NCBI GenBank assembly: GCA_950097015.1
Contig: CATNEN010000009.1
Location: forward strand, 1,722,898-1,786,897
Reading direction: 5' to 3'
DNA length: 64,000 nt
Source of the DNA: Macrostomum hystrix
Taxonomy: Eukaryota > Animalia > Platyhelminthes
This document shows positions 57,774 through 64,000 of the stretch, in pieces. A model generated the notes under the pieces. It ran no database searches, had not been told where the DNA came from, and saw only the letters and a program-made list of their open reading frames with translations. Positions within the stretch are counted from its first letter, which is position 1. Each line of letters opens with the position of its first letter. The translations under genes and the position numbers were made by a program.

Positions 57774-58037
57774 ATTGCTGCAGCCCACTAAACTTTTAGT
57801 TAATTTGTTTTAAAAAAGTTTCTGTCGCAAAGTCATGCAAGGTCCATTCGAAGAGAATGTGAATTTGAAGCGATGAGGTGCTAACCTGTAGTGCATGGTC
57901 TATTGAGCAGTTACTAGCTGATTGGTCCATGAAATATTACATGTCTCTGCCCAGTGGCAGCCAGTTTTGCCAGATAGAAACAGAAGGAAGAGCCTTCTAG
58001 AAGATCTGGGGATGAAAATTGTATTAATGGAAAGACA

Positions 58038-58305
58038 GGAGTTTTTAGCCTGGTGGTTATGAGCTTCTGACTTTCGACCGGGGGTCGGTAGTTCGAAACA
58101 CAGCCCTACGGAGACAATTTGTGTCCGTGAGTAAATATCTAATTCCCCAGTGCTTCAGTTCCCTGAGCTGTAAAATGGGCACCAGCATTAAATGGGGTAG
58201 AAATTCGGACACGTGTGGCGGCCTTCTCAGTCCACAGCCTTTGAGTAGCTGTACACAGCCTTTAGAAGCGCCGATAAAAAGCTTCGGCTGTACATCTGGC
58301 CCGGT
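58038..58305 (+). mobile_element. tRNA-derived SINE, family A, diverged copy
   Basis: TAGCCTGGTGGTTATGAGC...GTAGTTCGAAAC...GTGCTTCAGTTCCCTGAGCTGTAAAATGGGCACCAGCATT...CATCTGGCCC matches the 48812 copy. Confidence 0.7.
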
Positions 58306-58489
58306 TTTATTTCCGTTCGCTGGCTGTCGAACTTAGAGTGCTCCAGTTCTTAGATAGATCAATAGACCAAGTGACGAGTCTGCGGCAGCGTTTGCTGTGT
58401 CAAACTGCGTCCAGAAATACTCTTGTCTGTTCAACTCGTGCCCTGATGTATTCTGTGGAAACTTTCAATTCGGGGATTTGCTTAATAAT

Positions 58490-59690
58490 GTAATAATAAT
58501 TGCAGGAGGGCTGTGGGCAATGGCACATCTCATTTAGAGACAGTAGACCCGCCGCCATGCAGCGAGGAGGCAATTCCGCCCATTTCGCTGATTCCTTTGC
58601 AAACACCAACACGCACACGTGTACTTTTTCATCGTCAGGCAGTGTAAGCTTTCACTGTGTTGTAGTTTATCGGTACCGTCGGCAGTTCGCCGACGCGGTA
58701 GTAGGGGTTCGGGTACGGACCACCCAAAGCTTGCCGGGGGAGGAGGGATGGGAAGCAGCGACCCTCGAGGCGTTCCGAAACTCCGAGGAGAGATGGGATG
58801 GGCTTGGAGCGTACAGACACTCGCTAAGCCCGGCACAGAAGGATGCGCGAAGGCTTTGACTGCGAGCGGGTAGCCACTCGACAGCCCCAGAGAGAGGTGG
58901 ATGACGGTCTGGAGGCGTACCGACGCTTCGCAGACTCGAGGGAAGACTCTGGAGGAGAAGGATGATGATGATGAGCTTTTGGCAGCAGCAGAGGTCGGGC
59001 AGAGGAACAAGGTTTGAGCATGGACAAATAACTCGTTAATGCTTATCTTACCGAGAGGGATCGAACGCTGCACTCATGGCAATTAGTGTAGCTCAGGCTG
59101 CGTAGTTTATTATTGTATGGATTGTTCGCTTCTAACTCAGGGCAGCGTTCTCACAATAGTACTCGGGCGGCGCGGGGGCTGGCCACGGGCAGCGCGTGCT
59201 AATAAATAACAGCATGGGGTGAGGCGAGGGCATAGGGCTGGACGGGATAGGGCTAAGCCACGCAGGGCTGGGGTGGGAGCAAACACACAAGGCTGAGAGC
59301 CGAGAGAGAGAGAAGGAGGCCGGCTAGCCAATCAGAAGTCTCCTTGGCGAGAGGCCTGATTGGACTAGCGAAGACGGCGCAGGGGGCAGCCAATGGGCGA
59401 GCGACAAACAACCATAAAGGAGGGTGCCTAAGCCGGGGCCGGGCAGAACTGGATTGAGCAGGTGGCCGGGGTGGAAGGTTTAGAGACGCAGGGGTCGGAG
59501 CAATGTCATTGTGAGATGCAGCTCACAACAACTGTGCCTTGGAGGTTGGCCCTCAAGGCCGTAAATTGCACAACAAGCCCCCAAGCCTGCTCTCCGCAGC
59601 TGCGCCCCAAATTAAAGTGGCCTCCTCGCGGAATCGAGCTCAGGGACATTCAGTGCGAGAGTCAACTGCGTTAACCGCTCTGCCACCGAC
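58490..59690 (-). mobile_element. SINE family C split in two (59690-59531 and 58657-58490) by a solo LTR
   Basis: Minus-strand head GGGGTCGGTGGCAGAGCGGTTAACGC...GTCCCTGAGCTCGATTCC. The body rejoins as AAGGCACAG/TGAAAGCTTACACTGCCTGACGATG across the insertion. Confidence 0.8.
58658..59530. mobile_element. Solo LTR, 873 bp
   Basis: Termini TGTTGT...ACAACA (6-bp inverted repeat); 4-bp TSD ACTG at 58654-58657 and 59531-59534; internal CCAAT boxes and a CATAAA TATA-like motif near 59412. Confidence 0.82.
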
Positions 59691-60679
59691 CCCCTTAGGG
59701 ATACGCATGTCTAGCCGGTTAACTAAAAACATTATCTGTGACGTTACGATTCTACCTTGCTCATGACTGCCCCCCGCTCACCAAACAATAACTGAGCCGT
59801 TTCTTTGTCGATTCAAGGTTCACCATATGCGAACGACTATAACTATTCTGAATTGTTCTCATAAAGATCAGGTTCTGAATAAAAGCTCAAGGGTACTCAA
59901 GGTACTAGAACAGTATACATAATTTTAGACTTTTGCAAAGCTCAAGCAAGGCAGAGAAAACCAATGTTGAATATCTTACTTAAAACAATGCGACAATCAA
60001 TCTAACTAAGCTGCATGTGAAGCACTAGCTCTCACAACTTGCTCTTAGGTCCAGAGCGTCGTCAGGAAAGTCGTTTGTACTAAATTATTGAGTTGAAACT
60101 GACTTCAGAATTATTATTTTGCCGTTGGCAAATTGAGTTTACGAGCTAACACGATAAAGATGCGTCGTTGCATATTTAAGTTTCAGGCTTCACGCTGATG
60201 CGTTACGCTCGTACTATTGTTCAGTACCTGTTTTAATGATTATTCCCATTACAAGATGAACTTTAATTCAATTTATCTGACAAAGTTTCTAATTGAAATG
60301 CATGCTCAAATCGGTATGATAATGTAAGGACCGCACAATTGCAATTATTCTTGCTATTTTTCTTTATTAACCAGAAATATTATATTCGAGTCCATTTTAT
60401 TTGATATAATAGAAATCAATCCAACAGGAATGGATTATCACATTTCTCTCTCTGGAAAGAATATAGTGTTGATCAACTATTTGGTATTATGCTCATTTGT
60501 ATTTGTTAACGGGAAAATTTTACCAGATAGCCAATATTCCAATTAGATATTTCGAGCTGTCTTAGTTGGAACATATGCAGTTTGATTGCTTTGCTCACAG
60601 TTGTCTACGAGACGAGGTTCACGCCAAACTGCCTGGGCCAGTTACGCTTTGAAGTCGACTCGCAATTCAGACAGAAAGC

Positions 60680-62123
60680 TCACGAGTTGCTCAGGAGCAG
60701 CAGTACCTGCAATACGGAAAAGTTTTTAGTTCTTTCCAAGCCTATAAGAATCAGATTGTGAGCTTTCCTGGTTACGAACGCAAACAAGTCGAGAGAAGAC
60801 TGAAGCAAACAAGTTGAGAAAAGAAGACTGAAGCAAACAAGTTGAGAAAAGAAGACTGAAGCAAACTAGTTGAGAAAAGAAGACTGAAGCAAACAAGTTG
60901 AGAAAAGAAGACTGAAGCAAACTAGTTGAGAAAAGAAGACTGAAGCAAACTAGTTGAGAAAAGAAGACTGAAGCAAACAAGTTGAGAAAAGAAGACTGAA
61001 GCAAACTAGTTGAGAAAAGAAGACTGAAGCAAACTAGTTGAGAGAAGAAGACTGAAGCAAACTAGTTGAGAAAAGAAGACTGAAGCAAACTAGTTGAGAA
61101 AAGAAGACTGAAGCAAACAAGTTGAGAAAAGAAGACTGAAGCAAACTAGTTGAGAAAAGAAGACTGAAGCAAACTAGTTGAGAGAAGAAGACTGAAGCAA
61201 ACAAGTTGAGAAAAGAAGACTGAAGCAAACTAGTTGAGAGAAGAAGACTGAAGCAAACTAGTTGAGAAAAGAAGACTGAAGCAAACTAGTTGAGAGAAGA
61301 AGACTGAAGCAAACAAGTTGAGAAAAGAAGACTGAAGCAAACTAGTTGAGAGAAGAAGACTGAAGCAAACTAGTTGAGAAAAGAAGACTGAAGCAAACTA
61401 GTTGAGAAAAGAAGACTGAAGCAAACTAGTTGAGAAAAGAAGACTGAAGCAAACTAGTTGAGAAAAGAAGACTGAAGCAAACAAGTTGAGAAAAGAAGAC
61501 TGAAGCAAACTAGTTGAGAGAAGAAGACTGAAGCAAACTAGTTGAGAGAAGAAGACTGAAGCAAACAAGTTGAGAGAAGAAGACTGAAGCAAACTAGTTG
61601 AGAAAAGAAGACTGAAGCAAACTAGTTGAGAAAAGAAGACTGAAGCAAACAAGTTGAGAAAAGAAGACTGAAGCAAACTAGTTGAGAGAAGAAGACTGAA
61701 GCAAACAAGTTGAGAAAAGAAGACTGAAGCAAACTAGTTGAGAGAAGAAGACTGAAGCAAACTAGTTGGTTAGAAGCTACATCATCGAAAAACCTACTCC
61801 AACTTGTGCTTTGGCACGCGACCTTCTACAGGCCTGGAAACACCCTCTGAATGATTTTACCCGATAAACCTCCCTGTCACTCGCCTTGTGTCCGAACAAC
61901 ATCGCAAGGGTGCCGGAGGCGCCAACCACCTGGCAGGCGATCAGCAGCACGCCTCGAAGCGGAGCGACGTCGTCTGGCAGACAGAAGCCGAGCGCCAGGC
62001 CCACCAGAGCTGCGGCGCTGACGTTGCCGATGCTCGCTGCGGTGAGGCGAGCATCGCCCGGGTCCAGGGGGTGCAGATTGCGCGTCTCCCAGGCGAAGAA
62101 CAGTCCGAACAGCAATTGGATGC
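60680..62123 (-). CDS. Class C GPCR, GABA-B-receptor-like, TM5-TM7 exon (62123-61885) plus a probable short last exon (60706-60680); upstream exons not identified
   Basis: GIQLLFGLFFAWETRN...GDARLTAASIGNV...LAMLFGHK matches GABA-B TM5-7 (LLLFGxFLAWETR..NDS..IG.SVYNV...FVPK). Donor is GC (AAG|gcgagt). Confidence 0.7.
60780..61770. repeat. 28-bp intronic minisatellite GAAGACTGAAGCAAACTAGTTGAGAAAA x about 35
   Basis: Direct tandem array with two variable positions per unit. Confidence 0.98.
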
Positions 62124-62329
62124 CTGCGGGGCAGAGCCGATTCTATTTACCTGCTTGTGCCCCCCTAATTGCTGACCATGCTCAATCAGGCATCAACGAG
62201 GGACGTATTTCTATGAAGTCTCTGATAAAATCAGTCTAGATCAATATTCTATTAAAGGACCACTAGGACTAGGTGTTGAAGGAGAGGAGACTACATTTCT
62301 ACATGTAAAGATGTCCATTTTCTAGATGT

Positions 62330-62735
62330 GTTTACCAGTTTTATAAATGTGTTTAACAGTTTTCTAGATGGGTTTAATAGTTTTCGAATGTTTAATAGTT
62401 ATGTAAATGTGTATAAGAGTTTTCTAAATGTGTTTTACAGTTTCTTAAATGTGTTTAACATTTTTTTCAAAATGTGTTTAACAGTTTTCTAAACGTGTCT
62501 AAAAGTTTTTAAAATGTGTTTAATAGTTTAAAAAATGTGTTTAATCGTTTTCTAAATGTGTTAAATAGTTTTCTAAATGTGTTTAACAGGTTTGCGTCTA
62601 AAAGTTTTTTAAGTTTTTAAACAGTTAATAATGGAGTCTAACAGTTTTCTAAGGAGTCTAACAGTTTTCTAAGGAGTCTAAAAGTTTTCAAATATGTTGA
62701 ACAGTTAATAATGGAGTCTAACAGTTTTCTAAATG
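62330..62735. repeat. Degenerate AT-rich tandem repeat (AACAGTTTTCTAAATGTGTTT-like)
   Basis: Repeated about 21-bp motif, diverged. Confidence 0.75.
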
Positions 62736-62927
62736 TATCTACAGTGCCACATGTAACAGGAAATATTTGTTGCCTGCTTGGCTAAGTAAAATCGTTTCTC
62801 TGCTATATTGGGGCAATGGTTTGCTGTCAAAGAAAGAGGGGAAATATTTCGTGCTGGGGGTTTGGATGCCTGCAAGTAGCCTCCATTCTGGTATTATGGA
62901 GGTTCTCTTCTGTTTGGGGGAAATTGG

Positions 62928-63850
62928 TTCTCTGCTGCTGACGGAACATCGGTTCTTTGCTGCTGACGGAACATCGGTTCTTTGCTGCTGACGGAACATC
63001 GGTTCTTTGCTGCTGACGGAACATCGGTTCTCTGCTGCTGACGGAACATCGGTTCTTTGCTGCTGACGGAACATCGGTTCTTTGCTGCTGACGGAACATC
63101 TGTTCTCTGCTGCTGACGGAACATCGGTTCTTTGCTGCTGACGGAACATCGGTTCTCTGCTGCTGACGGAACATCGGTTCTCTGCTGCTGCCGGAACATC
63201 GGTTCTCTCTGCTGCTGACGGAACATCGGTTCTCTGCTGCTGGGGGCAATTAGTTCTCTGCTGCTGGGGGGGGGAATTAGTTCTCTGCTGCTGGGGGGGG
63301 AATTAGTTCTTTGCTGTTGGGGGGGATTAGTTCTCTGCTGCTGGGGGGAATTAGTTCTCTGCTGCTGGGGGGAATTAGTTCTCTGCTGCTGGGGGGGGGA
63401 ATTAGTTCTCTGCTGCTGGGGGGAAATTAGTTCTCTGCTGCTGGGGGGAATTAGTTCTCTGCTGCTGGGGGGGATTAGTTCTCTGCTGCTGGGGGGGGAA
63501 TTAGTTCTCTGCTGCTGGGGGGGGAATTAGTTCTCTGCTGCTGGGGGGGAATTAGTTCTTTGCTGCTGGGGGGGATTAGTTCTCTGCTGCTGGGGGGGAA
63601 TTAGTTCTCTGCTGCTGGGGGGAAATTAGTTCTCTGCTGCTGGGGGGAAATTAGTTCTCTGCTGCTGGGGGGGGGATTAGTTCTCTGCTGCTGGGGGGGA
63701 ATTAGTTCTTTGCTGCTGGGGGGGATTAGTTCTCTGCTGCTGGGGGGGAATTAGTTCTCTGCTGCTGGGGGGGAATTAGTTCTCTGCTGCTGGGGGGAAA
63801 TTAGTTCTCTGCTGCTGGGGGGAATTAGTTCTCTGCTGCTGGGGGAACAT
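62928..63850. repeat. Compound about 25-bp minisatellite: TTCTCTGCTGCTGACGGAACATCGG then TTCTCTGCTGCTG(G)nAATTAG
   Basis: Two sub-arrays share the TTCTCTGCTGCTG core and switch near 63240. Confidence 0.97.
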
Positions 63851-64000
63851 TGGTTTTTTACTGCTGAGGGATAGTAATCACATGTACCTTAGTAGCATTA
63901 AGCTGGGTTGTATGAAACGTAAGTTACTTGTGTAATTTTTGCCCCAATGGGGCTCTTGGTGTACAGACCGGATGTCTCAAAATGTATTCAAGCTCAGAAA

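Noticed and set aside
62124-62150. 27-nt GT-AG micro-intron upstream of the GABA-B-like exon
   Set aside because: Too short for ordinary splicing, and the sequence upstream does not encode the expected TM4/loop. The true upstream exon was not found.

Overview
Eukaryotic (metazoan, invertebrate) genomic DNA with GC-rich spliced exons, AT-rich spacers, and introns filled by private minisatellites. This style resembles a free-living flatworm such as Macrostomum, which is inference only. Left to right: (1) an intact-looking Ty3/Gypsy retrotransposon, cut by the window start, with a canonical -1 frameshift signal and its 3' LTR; (2) a spliced Hook-domain CCDC88 (Girdin/Daple)-like coiled-coil gene; (3) a single-exon 1487-aa PH-PH-MyTH4-FERM gene (PLEKHH/MAX-1-like); (4) a 9-exon Diaphanous formin; (5) a core-1 beta-1,3-galactosyltransferase gene whose 3.9-kb intron holds an antisense, frameshifted fibrinogen-related gene; (6) an ionotropic glutamate receptor-like pseudogene; (7) a frameshifted F-box/LRR gene whose intron carries a 2.7-kb hAT-Charlie-type element; (8) an intact secreted PAN+LamG-like gene; (9) a solo LTR inside a SINE; (10) the last exons of a GABA-B-like GPCR. 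Several tRNA-derived SINE copies are scattered throughout. The best candidate for an undescribed system is the hAT element, which has no transposase and instead encloses a complete spliced coiled-coil + BEN-like-domain gene. Also notable are four in-frame tandem copies of a splice donor just upstream of the formin FH1 exon, and a shared ATCCCAGAT core in otherwise unrelated intronic minisatellites. All family assignments come from motif recognition by eye; no database searches were run.
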